Shown here one piece after another: positions 51,999 through 64,000 of a stretch of 64,000 nucleotides of DNA. Position 1 is the first letter of the stretch; each line of letters starts with the position of its first letter. The notes below the pieces were generated by a model. The model ran no database searches and was not told the DNA's origin. It saw only the letters and a list, made by a program, of their open reading frames with translations. A program made the translations under genes and the position numbers. Source of the DNA: Octopus vulgaris (taxonomy: Eukaryota). The stretch covers positions 44,826,001 through 44,890,000 of the forward strand of contig OX597814.1 in NCBI GenBank assembly GCA_951406725.2. The letters are read 5' to 3'.

Positions 51999-52560
51999 TA
52001 CAGGACGTCACTGTGTAAATACCATGACGCAAGAAGCCAAACGAGCAAAGAACGAGAGAAAAAATGGAAAACAGGACAAGCAACACAGAGAACGACCCTT
52101 CATGAGTTTTCAGCTATCCATCCACTCCTCATTTCGAGCATTCAATGACAGTATGAGTCTTGGAAGTCAGTTGGTTCCACAAATTCTGAAGCAAAACTTT
52201 GGATCTATAGAAGGTAAAAGTTGGGATCAAAAACAGAACAGTGGAGATATAGAAGGAAACCGAACGAAAACAAACATAGAGGGTCGCTAAACGAGAACGA
52301 GAGAAAAATAGTAAACGCTGGGAGAAAGACTTTCCCTGAAAAGAGAACAGACAGATGAGACAGAAAGAAAAACTTCCAATCGCCAGAACGTCGTGCAGGA
52401 AAAGAAAGATGGTTACGTGAGGAAGCGAAAGATGGACGATGGTCACGTGTGAGCAACGAGAGAGAGGGAAAGGAGTCAGAGGTGGAGAGAGAGAGGTAGA
52501 AATGGTGAAGGGGAGAAAAAGGAAACCAGAGGAAGATGGGGAAGAAAAGAGTATAGAGCA
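51998..52560 (-). repeat. Family D repeat, second copy
   Basis: Minus strand ctctcgttgctcacacgtgacca..ccatctttc and terminal gacgtcctgtac + (TA)n, as at 29430-29945. Confidence 0.65.
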
Positions 52561-54760
52561 GAGTCGCTCAAAAGAGTTAAGACAAACTTACTTGGAAATG
52601 GTGTAATAGTATATGTAGTTTTAAGTTTTGTTTCATACCTATGGTGTCATATGTGTATATTGCTATATATATATGTACATTGGCATACATATTCTAGACC
52701 TAATGAACAACAATTATATGACTTCTTGAGGAACCTTCCTTCTCTGACATTTTATAATCTCCATCCGAATATTGCACTATATTATGGCACCAGACAATTT
52801 CATCCAATCATTTATGCCAACTAACATAATCGTCTAGAATTTCTTTTCAAATAAAGATTTTTCATTAGACATTGGTATCTATAACAGAATATTCTTGGAA
52901 TATCTGCATAAACACTAAGAAGTAATTCTTTTCTGAGAACCAAAAAAGGAAAATAACACTATAATAGTTCTAATTACTAATCACTTAACTCTTTCAGCTT
53001 CAGCAGCTATAAAATACAAAATTTGAAAATTTATCCTAGAAAGAGGACAGATATTGATAAAAACAAGAACTTGGTAATTAAATACAGTAGACAATATATA
53101 ACAACACCACTATTTCAACTCATCTATAACAGGAATAGGGAAAAATCATTAATTATATTTTATCAAAACTTACAAGACATTCGTTTTTCTCATAATATAA
53201 ATTAAATGATAAATTGTTCTTTCTCTATTATATGCCACAAAAACGATATACTTTTTAAATTGAATATAAATCTTAAAGTACATATGTTTCATATTTTAAA
53301 CAAAACCAAAGAAAAACATTATATTAAATATATTTTCCTAATTTCAGTCTCAAAATTTATTCTAAACAGTAAATAATGTATATCGCTGAAATCACTTTTC
53401 TGGCAGACACTATATATAATCATCAATGCAAAAATACTTGGTTATCTTATTGATACTTTTCTTTCTTTTTTTAATTCATTTATTTATTTATTTATTTATT
53501 TATTTAGGTTTGTTTCTGAATTAAGGAAAATCTATTTCCTGAAGAAATAAGTATTTCAACTACCTTGTTTATTTAACTTAATTCGTTTGTTGAAAAATGC
53601 TATTAGGTGTGTCATCAATATTGTTAGCATTTAACAGCATGCATCAACATATTAAAAATACGTGCACAGTCACACACAAATACACACACACACAAAAGAG
53701 ATATGGGGAATGGTATGTATACACACACACACACACAAGCACTCACACACAACCATACAAAAACATACTCATACAAATACCCCATACACATTCTCCCTAC
53801 ACGCCCACATTCAGGCATGTGTGAGTATTTGTGTCTGTAGTTCAATTTATCGTAGTAGTAATGGTGCCTGCCATAACAAAATAGCAACATTTTCAGTTAT
53901 ATTTGCATCTGTTTGTTCTAGAATTCTTTTTATTCGTAAATTTTGCAACTACAAGATTCATTTCAGTTGCGACTTCCACATCTGATAGGCCTAGATACGC
54001 AGTAACTTGAACAATCTGTGTAACTGCCTTAATGTTTTTATATCTTATCTTTGTGTTTCATGATAATAGAATTTAATGTAAACAAATAAACCACATCACA
54101 TTATAATTAAAATAAATAGATAAGTTTAAAGCTACAATATGATGAATGATCTCGGTATTAGTTTTGTGTTTCTTGCTTCTCTCGGTGATCTGTCGTACAA
54201 AATTAGTAACGTCAGTCTACTAGCAAATAATATCCCGTATCTCTATTGGAAATTTTCATCGCCTAGTTGGTGATCAATTTTAACTATGTTGCCGTATTAT
54301 TTAATTATTTAGACTAAGGAGGATAAATGTTTCTTTGTACAAACACAAAAGTCTTTTGAGTTTAGTAACAAGGAACAGGGTTTAAACTGAGAATAACTGA
54401 TTTATAGTTACCAGTTTTTAAATTTGATTTTTCCTTTAATTTCATTATATTATTTTAGCAAGCATTTTATAAAGAGAAATCTTCGGAAACCCGGAATTAC
54501 GAGGAAGTTCGAAATATCAATTCAAGGTAGATTTTAATACGTTTAGATATTCAATGTCTTCTCTAAAATAGGACCCTTCTGTTTAGCAAACGGAAAGCAC
54601 TATATAGAGTTTTTAATTCCAAATATTGGTTCACATATAGTGAATTCATACTTCCCAATTTTCAAATAATATATATACGTGTGTGTGTGTGTGTGAGGAA
54701 GTGTGTGTATATGCACACACACACATACACGCGCATATATATATGTGTGTATGTATATAT

Positions 54761-55070
54761 TCTTTTATTCTTTTACTTGTTTCAGTCATTTGACTGCGGT
54801 CATGCTAGAGCACCGCCTTAAAGGGTGTTAGTCGGAGAAATCAACCTCAGGACTTATTTGTTATAAGCGTAGTACTTATTCTACCGGTTTCTTTCTCCGA
54901 ACCGCTAAGTTAGTTACAGGGACATAAACACACCAGCATCGATTATCTAGCGATGCCGGGGGGAGGGGGCAAACACACATACACATGAATATATACACAC
55001 AGAAACATACACACACATACATATGATATATATGTATATATATATATATACATATACATATATACACACA

Positions 55071-55109
<39 letters not shown>

Positions 55110-55237
55110 GATGAGCTACTACTTCCAGTTTCAGTCTACCAAATCCACTCACGAGGCTTTGCTCGGCCCGAGAATATATTAGAAGGTACTTGTCCAAAGT
55201 GCCACGCAATGGGACTGAACCCAGAACCACGTGGTAG
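54761..55237 (-). mobile_element. Family A SINE, older diverged copy
   Basis: tgtttcagtcatttgactgcggtcatgctagagcaccgcc ... ctaccaaatccactcac ... gggactgaacccagaaccac. Confidence 0.88.
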
Positions 55238-55269
55238 TATCTATATATGAGTATCCACACACACACACA

Positions 55270-55310
<41 letters not shown>

Positions 55311-56011
55311 TAGACACACACATATACAAATATATTGGTCTTATGTGTGTATGTCTATATGTATCTATATATCCCTGCTTGTATACATAATGTCCAGCAA
55401 TGCGGAATTAGCTTTAAAAAAATTAAACCTGGCCAGAGATAAATATTGTAAACACATTACAATTAGAATGAATGCAATCATTCTAATTGTTATCTAGTTA
55501 TTCAGTATTACTTGCTATTGGGTTAAAAAAAAACAGATTCTTCTTCCTTCTATCAAACGGATTTCGCTGATTAAGAATTACTTTTGGTATATCACATCCT
55601 GTTGCAATATTTCAGAAAAATTATAGTTGCAGCCATTAATTAATTTGATTGTTGCTTGAATAAATCGGTGTGGTCAAGTTGAATAATATTAAATCGAAAC
55701 TGAATTGCAAATAACTACTCAAAGCTTGGCCCTTTCCGATCTTCTGTTAGCTTATTATAAGATGTTTGAATCATTTTTATATATGAGAAACGGAAATGTG
55801 AAATTCCTTGTGGTGAGTCAAAGTTTCACCTTCGAATTATATATAAATACTGCACCTATCTGATAAATCCGGGTTATTCAAAAATAAACTTTGCTATTAA
55901 CAAACTTTTACTGTTTCAGTTCCGGAAGTTCATATCAAAAGTTTATTAGCCTAACCACAAATTCTTCGTTCTTCCTTTCTTCCAATTTTTACAGTGTTAT
56001 TTATTCTATAT

Positions 56012-56058
<47 letters not shown>

Positions 56059-56801
56059 GCATACATATATAATTCAAATATTCCATCCACATTTTCGTAT
56101 CGTTGTTTCGTTTCTTTCATTATTTTCACATTATTTTCTACTTATTTTTATATCTTTTAGTAAGTCACTTTGCTTTTCTTGCTTCATAGTCTTACTCCTG
56201 TTACTATATTGTTGTGTAGATTTTTTCAATAATTATTAGATATCAATCACATTAATATTACAAATGTAATATATTATTACATAATATATTACAAATGTTA
56301 CGAATTTCTGTACCTTCTATCTGTGTTATCTTAATATTTTCTCTCGATCTTGTGGGATTTCTGATAGCTTTGACGATTATAAAACTCGTCATTTGACCTT
56401 TCTTACTTCATAAACTTCTCTCTTTTTATGTTTTAGTGTATAAACATAGCATTATGTAACTTAATAAGGATGTGTGACTGTGTACATGACTTTTTCAGGA
56501 CTTCTGAGAATGGCGATATCACCGTAGATTATTTTCATAGCCAATACAATGATATTCTGGAGTAGGAAGATTGAGTCAAGGTGTTAGTGCAGGCCTCGAC
56601 GACGAAAACCAGTATGGATCAAAAGAGAACATACTGATACAACAGCTTGGAGGTGGTATGTAGTTAGGAAAACTAACGACAATAGTATGGTAGTAATAAA
56701 ATGTACAGAGGGAATACATCATGTCTACAGACTAGATGATTTAAAATAAGTTAGAGAATAAGTTTTTTGTAATCAATTCAATGGCTTTCACAGTTAATCG
56801 G

Positions 56802-56861
<60 letters not shown>

Positions 56862-56864
<3 letters not shown>

Positions 56865-57491
56865 TAGTTTTATTTTTATAGCGTGCTTTCACTTCACTAC
56901 TGAGCGCAGCTCTGTGTGCCTTGGGTATGTGCTGTGATTTGTTGTGATGCTCTGATGGTTATTGTATGGAAAGTGTTCTGCGTAGGATGTGTGCAGTGCC
57001 TAGTAGTGCAATTTTCTGTATGTTATATGTGTTTGTAAGTCCTGGTGTTTTTGTTATGTATTTGTCTGAATATTTTTTTATCATGCCTAATGCACCTACT
57101 ATGATAGGAATTGTTTCTGTTTTCAGGTTCCACATTCTAGTTACCTCTATTTCCAGGTCTTTGTATTTTGAGAGTTTCTCCATTTCTTTTAGAGACACGT
57201 TGTCATCTGCCGGTATTGATACATCAATTAGAAAGCATTTTTTTCTTCATGATCTCTGACAACTATATCTGGTCTGTTGGCCTTAATTTCTCTATCTGTG
57301 TGTATCGGCATATCCCAGAGTATGGTTGCTTTCTCGTTTTCTGTGACCTTTTCTGGTGTGTGCCTATACCATCTTTTTTCTGTTGTTATTCCATAATGTT
57401 GGCATAGCTTCCAATGTATGTAGGTTCCAACTCTGTCATGTCTGTGAATATATTCCTTCTTAGCCAGGACTGGGCAGCTAGAGATAATATG

Positions 57492-57493
<2 letters not shown>
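56862..57493 (-). mobile_element. R4/Dong-clade LINE 3' end (restriction-like endonuclease) inserted in (TAA)n
   Basis: HIISSCPVLAKKEYIHRHDRV..ILWDMPIHTDREIKANRPDIVV / FLIDVSIP..KEMEKLSKYKDLEIE..IPIIVGALG..ALLGTAHILRRTL*; (ATT)n on both flanks (56802-56861, 57494-57549). Confidence 0.93.
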
Positions 57494-57540
<47 letters not shown>

Positions 57541-57549
57541 GTTATTATT

Positions 57550-57909
57550 GAGTGAGAGAGCAGTGCATCCATCAAAGTGACACTGGGGTAAAATACACAA
57601 AGCCCAATGTACCCATCATGACTACCCATCGGATAAGTGTACACCAGACACTTGCATCAGAACCAAATGTGCACGACATGGTGACCTCATATCAAGATAA
57701 ACAACGTATGACCTTGCAGGTGGGGCCCTGTTAGAATTCCCTTCAGGTCCAATAGGTCATCCGACTCAAAAAGTCCCTGAATAAGGTTTGTTTCAGGATG
57801 ATGAACAAAAGACCCAAATTTCCAGAGGTGAATTATTCAAAGCCCAAATAATTTCTCTCAACAAAGGGCTATGATGCTCGTGATCAGAGATACATATATC
57901 GTCAGCCAC

Positions 57910-57910
<1 letters not shown>
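57550..57910 (-). repeat. Family E repeat 3' portion, bounded by (ATT)n on both sides
   Basis: Overlaps in sequence with 8010-8150 and 14860-14935; non-coding; minus strand ends ctctctcactc + (aat)n. Confidence 0.75.
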
Positions 57911-57963
<53 letters not shown>

Positions 57964-57979
57964 CATCATCATCATCATT

Positions 57980-58026
<47 letters not shown>

Positions 58027-58039
58027 TATCATCATCATT

Positions 58040-58097
<58 letters not shown>

Positions 58098-58110
58098 CTA
58101 TTATTATTAT
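57911..58110. repeat. (ATT)n(CAT)n microsatellite
   Basis: Direct reading; it explains the poly-H, poly-M and poly-Y ORFs. Confidence 0.95.
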
Positions 58111-58979
58111 TTTTTCTTTAGCACATGTTTTGTTGGAGTTCCTGGAGTCTTGCATGCGTAACGGGCTTACTACCCATTTCCTTTATATTCCTCTTGATGC
58201 CTTCAGATACTATTTCCAAGGACCCAAGCAAAGGTGTATTTGCAGTGTCATAAGATAGTAGATTGCTACGTGCCCAAATGGTGGGCGTTTACAAGACTCT
58301 TTTCTTTAAAAAGCAAGATCGATACACGCAGATATTTGTTCCTTCAATATTCAATGAAAAATATCATTTTAATACACATAACTGAACTAGAAAATATGAT
58401 ATCATTCAATTCGGCGAACAAAGAAAAAGCGTTATAAACAGCGCATAACAGCAACCCCTCTCCTTAACGAGCACTTCCACAAGTAAACAAAGTAAATAGA
58501 TTATTAAACAAGAGACCGACATACCATAAACAAATTTTATCTGTGATAACCACGCAGCATTCTTCAAAACAATAGTAATTAAAGATATAATAACTGTTAC
58601 AATCGGACGCTGTATCGCTTCTTTTGGTAATCAGCATGCATTACGAACTGCGTGATGTTAACAGACCATTACAAATGAAACAAACGAGAATATTTTCCTG
58701 CATATAAAATCTGCCTATACCAACACATAAGCTCATTCAAACGCCGTCACAAAGACCTCACAGATTCTCTTTCGAGAGAGGGTCAGTATATGTTTTATTT
58801 TGGACAGCCACTACATGTAATAATAGATCTATACGGTGCAATCTCTATTTGCATCATAAAATACCTTGTACAAATAATGAAGAGGAATACAAATCTAATA
58901 TAGAAAACGGAATCGTTATGATATGTTTGGTGCGTCATTCTAAGGAATCAGAGGACTCGTGACATTACAGATCATATCC

Positions 58980-59392
58980 TGTTTTTACCTGACATGTACA
59001 CTTTTGTGTATGTGCAGCATACACATATACACTTTCGAGTGTGTGTCTGTGCGTATCAATGGTTTGTATTCATTCTCCATTCGCCAATCATATACACATA
59101 TTCATACAAAGGTTTACACAGCCATATTACCCACGAACGTCAGATAAATCATGTACTCTGTGAATAAACGGAGAAGAATGCCCCAAACTCCTGTTCCCAA
59201 ATTCTTGGATACTAACCTGAAACCAGATACAAGTGTAGCTAAATGAAATAAGCACACACTTGCATACACATATATGCATATATGCTCACGTATATATGTG
59301 TTATATTTATATATACATACATTTATATACACACACATATATATGTACATGTGTATATGTATACACATATATATATGTACATGTATACACAA

Positions 59393-59423
<31 letters not shown>

Positions 59424-59447
59424 TATGTGTTGTACATAGATGCATGA

Positions 59448-59484
<37 letters not shown>

Positions 59485-59521
59485 TACATCTATGTACAAT
59501 ACATATATATGTGTGTATATT

Positions 59522-59559
<38 letters not shown>

Positions 59560-59632
59560 TAATGTATGTATGTAAGTATATGTCTATCTATTTCTATCTC
59601 TCTCTCGTCCTCTTTTTCCTTTTCTCTGTCGT

Positions 59633-59686
<54 letters not shown>

Positions 59687-59953
59687 CATACATACATACA
59701 TACATACATACATCATACATACATCATACATACATACATACATACATATATACATATGTTTTTACCTGACATGTACACCTTTGTGTGTGTACAGCATACA
59801 CATATACACCTATGAGTGTGTGTCTGTGTGTATCAATGATTTGTATCCATTCTCCAATCGCCAATCATATACACATATTCATACAAAGGTTCACACAACC
59901 ATATTACCCACACACGTCAGATAAATCATGTACTCTGAGAATAAATAGAGAAG
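58980..59953. repeat. Direct repeat of about 195 bp bracketing microsatellites
   Basis: tgtttttacctgacatgtacac...cgtcagataaatcatgtactctg.gaataaa at about 58980-59177 and 59757-59953. Confidence 0.9.
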
Positions 59954-60119
59954 TATGCTCACTCATGCATGCAACTAAATGATTTTCGTACAGAAATTAT
60001 CTTATTTACATAGCCAAAACATCTTTACTGTCTATACACAACCGCTCGACCGTTCCGAAGTAAAAGAACTGAAATAATTTATCGCAATACAAATGTTCTT
60101 CTGTATGTTACTTATGTAA

Positions 60120-60156
<37 letters not shown>

Positions 60157-60801
60157 CTGACATGACATCTACATATATTGGGGGTATATATACATGGATG
60201 TATGTGTGTAAGGCGGTATACGAATCCATACACATATAGATTGCCCACTGAGCAATCACTAGATCGCAGCATTTCGGATGGCGAGTGTGACAAGTTAATG
60301 TCTGTGCAACTAAGTTGGAATTAATACAAGGTTCTCATAGATATGCGTACATCATTGGCAATATATACCGGGAAAATATGCGCGCGCATGTTATACCCAC
60401 AAATATACACAGGCATAAATAAATATAATTACGTGTGTATATATATATATATGTGTGTATGTGTGTGTGTGCATGTGTGTGTGTGCGTGTATGTGTGTGT
60501 ATGTGTATGTATGTATATATCTGCGATTCCTTATGTACACATGCTAGTTATTTTGAAACACGTACGTGCACGCCTCTGTGTGTGCGTGTGTGTGTGTGTG
60601 TGTAATTTTTAGCTATATTGGCAGACCTACATATACATTTGTTTAAATGTGTGAATGTTTTTGCATAGTCTACAAGACTATCATTGACAATTGACAAGTA
60701 CTTAGATGCTATTCGTACATATGGTCAGCTCCCGAATTTCTGTTTTGCTTTATTTTGATGTTTTACTTTTTTGTCTTTCATCTGCACCTATGTATATATT
60801 G

Positions 60802-60884
<83 letters not shown>

Positions 60885-61602
60885 CTTCTGTGTCTGTGTG
60901 TGTGTGCGTGTGTGTGTGTGTGTAGTAATCAAGAGAAAATTTACTTCATGCCCTGAGTAATAGTAAGAAAATTTGAGGCTCTAACCTTGTTGAATTGTAG
61001 ATCATTACTTAAGTACTCGTAGTTTATATGTTTCTCCCACCATTTGGAACACTAGCCAACATCTTAAAATTGCAACATTTAAAAAGTAAAGGAAATTGAA
61101 CATTCGCAAGGACGTCGGTGTAATACCGATGTTAATACGTCATCAGTAAAGCCAGTTGTAAGGCTCAAAGGTGTGAGCATTCAGGCAGAATAAATCTAGC
61201 AATCTATAAATGACCAAACAGAAACGCTCAGTTGAGATGTTGACTAAAAATATTTGGCAAACCGTGTGGAACGAGCGATAATCCAACGGAACGTCGTATC
61301 CTGAACACTGTTTCAATTGGCGATGAAAATCAAAATCATTTAACTTACGGCTCACTAATGCGTTTGTAAAATGCATAGGCCTCACTTGTTCTCATTCCTC
61401 AACAGTTTAAATTTGTTGGACTTGTGCCAGAATAAGAAATCAATATCTAAAGATTTTTGTTCCACACTAGACATGTGATCATCGACTGAGCACGTTATAT
61501 AGATAGATGACTTTATTTCGTGTATCAAACGATAAATAATACTTCGACGAAACGAGCGAGGGAAGACAATGAAACAATACAAATACACACACATTTCATT
61601 AG

Positions 61603-61634
<32 letters not shown>

Positions 61635-61791
61635 ACATATACACACGCATATGTACGAATACAGAAAACAATAGCTTAAGTGCTTCCAAAGTTGTAGATA
61701 GGAAACAGCGAATGAAACTGTATATGAAGCAATGCACACACACACATACACACACACACACACATTCACACGTATACATATGTGTGTGTGT

Positions 61792-61837
<46 letters not shown>

Positions 61838-62266
61838 CTGACAAACGTTCAGAAGTATATGGTCAATTTAAGTCTCTAAAGTGCTCAGTTGTTTTAGATA
61901 CAAATTAATAAATCAACGTTCTACAGAAATCAAAGAGAAATGTGTATAATGTATTGTGCACAAATATGCCAGTCTAGGATACAGTTTAATCATATCATAC
62001 TTCCATCCACACTCCCATACACATGTATACCTATACGCTCACGCACTCATGTATATATATACATACACTCAGATACATAAACACGATCATATGCAAACAC
62101 GCATACTCACACATATAGATAGATAGACAGACAGACAACTAGGCAGACTGACGATGCTATGTATAAAACCCAAAGGAAAGTGAATTCACCACATTTCATC
62201 GAGACAAAATATTTGAAAAATATCTGAGACAAAGAGCTTATACAAATATATGAGTATGTGTATGTA

Positions 62267-62329
<63 letters not shown>

Positions 62330-63244
62330 GTGTATATATATATATGTGTGTGTATGTGTGTAAAAGGTATCTAGGTTTGTATATATAGATTGGCAGATAA
62401 ATACATACATTCATACACACGTACATACGTATTCTAATATACAGATTTCCTTATTAAAATATTGCGTATTTACAAATTCGCTACCCATCTCTTGAACTAC
62501 GAATATGTTTCAATTATATATATATAACACATGTAAATATACGTTGTATAAATATCAACTGTTTTGTCATAGTAGGATCCTTCAAATCTTTCTATGTCTA
62601 CACATATATATATGTGTGTGTGTATGTTTTTATGTGCCTTTGTGAGTGTAGATGTGTGATTTTGTTTATGTGTCATATATAAGCCTGCACGTATGTGTAC
62701 CTATGTGAATATGTTAACATATTTATAAAGTCATATGTTTCAATATATACATATTTTTTTATATATTTTCACATATGCAAATATATGACATCTTACAAAC
62801 ACAACACCAGTATCTTATAATGAAATGCATAAGATATGTATACATCAGAATATAATATAGATTTTACACATTTTTAGATCTTAAAATGCAGATCAATACC
62901 TTATTGGCTTCTTCCGAGACCAAACCGAACAATTACCATTTTGAGTTTTTCATAAAGGATGAACTAAAATTTGACAATGTATTTACACTTGACATTTATC
63001 TTCTTCCCAGGATTTCCTTTTCATATTACATTCTTTATCAAAGAACACACTCGAACACATACCTAATGAAGCAAAGACGTAGATATTTGTATTCGAACAA
63101 ATTCATGAGTACTCATAAACATATGGAAATAAACGTATGTATTTTCATCTAAATCTGTTTGTTTCGAAGTTTCGACTACAAGTACAAGCGTATGTAACAT
63201 TTACATACGCTTGTACTTGTAACACATATTATATATGTGTGTGT

Positions 63245-63326
<82 letters not shown>

Positions 63327-63399
63327 ATGTATGTATGTATTTATCGCCTCTTGAAATTGGATTATGCGAGTAACTCTCATATTGGCTTTTGATGCTTAG

Positions 63400-63900
63400 T
63401 TGTGAATCTAGTCGGGTTAACGGTTCCTCATGAAGATAACATGGACGCCGCTCAAGCTCAAAAGACTGACCGCTATGTAAACCTCCTCGGGGAATGTGAA
63501 GACGCAGGCTAGCGGAGCATTTTCCAATCGAACTCGGATGTAGAGGATTTGTTGGACACAGTGTGAGGTGACTGTTGTTATTGTTAGGCCTAACTCATCG
63601 TAAACACCACCACGAATGATATTCAAACTACATTAGAAAAGGCCAGTCACTGGATTTGGTTAAAAAGAGACGATGAGCGATGGGTAGAAGAATACTGAGT
63701 TTTATTTGATAACCAGTTGATCTAGCAAGCAGGGCATAATATGAGTGAGGGGGTGGGGAGGTGTGCATTGATGCCGTCGGGAGGTAGGCCCCGAAACAGC
63801 GCACATTCTCTCCTGGTGACCCCATACGCTTGCTGGCTTCCAGAATGCGGAGCTTTCGACTGGCAGCACTCGCATGTGCAAGTTGTTTGCAGAACATATA
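63400..63900 (+). mobile_element. Second Hero-clade LINE copy, 3' end only
   Basis: Colinear with 23642-24130 (ggttcctcatgaagataacatgga.gccgctca..., gataaccagttgatctagcaagc). Confidence 0.9.
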
Positions 63901-64000
63901 TGCCCCAAAATCAATATGAAAGTTGCCTGCGTGATAACCATCGCAGTATCATGTGTTCTAACTCAACATTTACTGATACGTGAGGACAAATGTGACCTTT

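Noticed and set aside
55900-55955. Minus-strand CTAATAA..GAAAC-A-GTA as a hammerhead relic
   Set aside because: Two core substitutions and no helix II.
56499-56657. Candidate exon between ttttcag and gtatgt
   Set aside because: All three frames contain stops; at most a non-coding exon, which is unsupported without RNA data.
61105-61385. CpG-richer stretch with an 80-aa ORF and a hairpin next to CTGATGA on the minus strand
   Set aside because: No recognisable protein motif or splice context, and GAAA is replaced by GAAT with no helix III.

Overview
This is eukaryotic, very AT-rich, microsatellite-saturated DNA in which I find no supportable host protein-coding exon, so it is probably intergenic or deep intronic. 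The tRNA-derived SINE families and the (TA)n/(TG)n/(AAT)n/(GATA)n landscape look like a cephalopod (Octopus) genome; that assignment is inference from recognition, not a database search. Almost every ORF in the supplied track is a microsatellite artefact or a transposon remnant. The window is a dense set of decayed mobile elements. Retroelements include a BEL/Pao LTR fragment, LINEs of the Tx1/L1, Hero, R4/Dong, CR1-like, RTE and Jockey-like groups, Penelope-like remnants and at least three modular SINE families. DNA elements include several mariner and maT (DD37D) copies, a probable hAT remnant, non-autonomous Helitrons and a Merlin-type foldback MITE. The most notable observations are: (1) an inverted pair of Penelope-type repeats, each carrying a hammerhead-ribozyme core with an unusually long helix II and complementary lesions (28.8-29.3 kb); (2) a young MITE with 167-bp TIRs and an 8-bp TSD (24.9-25.55 kb); (3) a SINE family whose 3' tail matches the 3' end of a Tx1-like LINE in the same window; (4) a near-intact Dong/R4 3' end inside (TAA)n, with a co-oriented non-coding passenger family.
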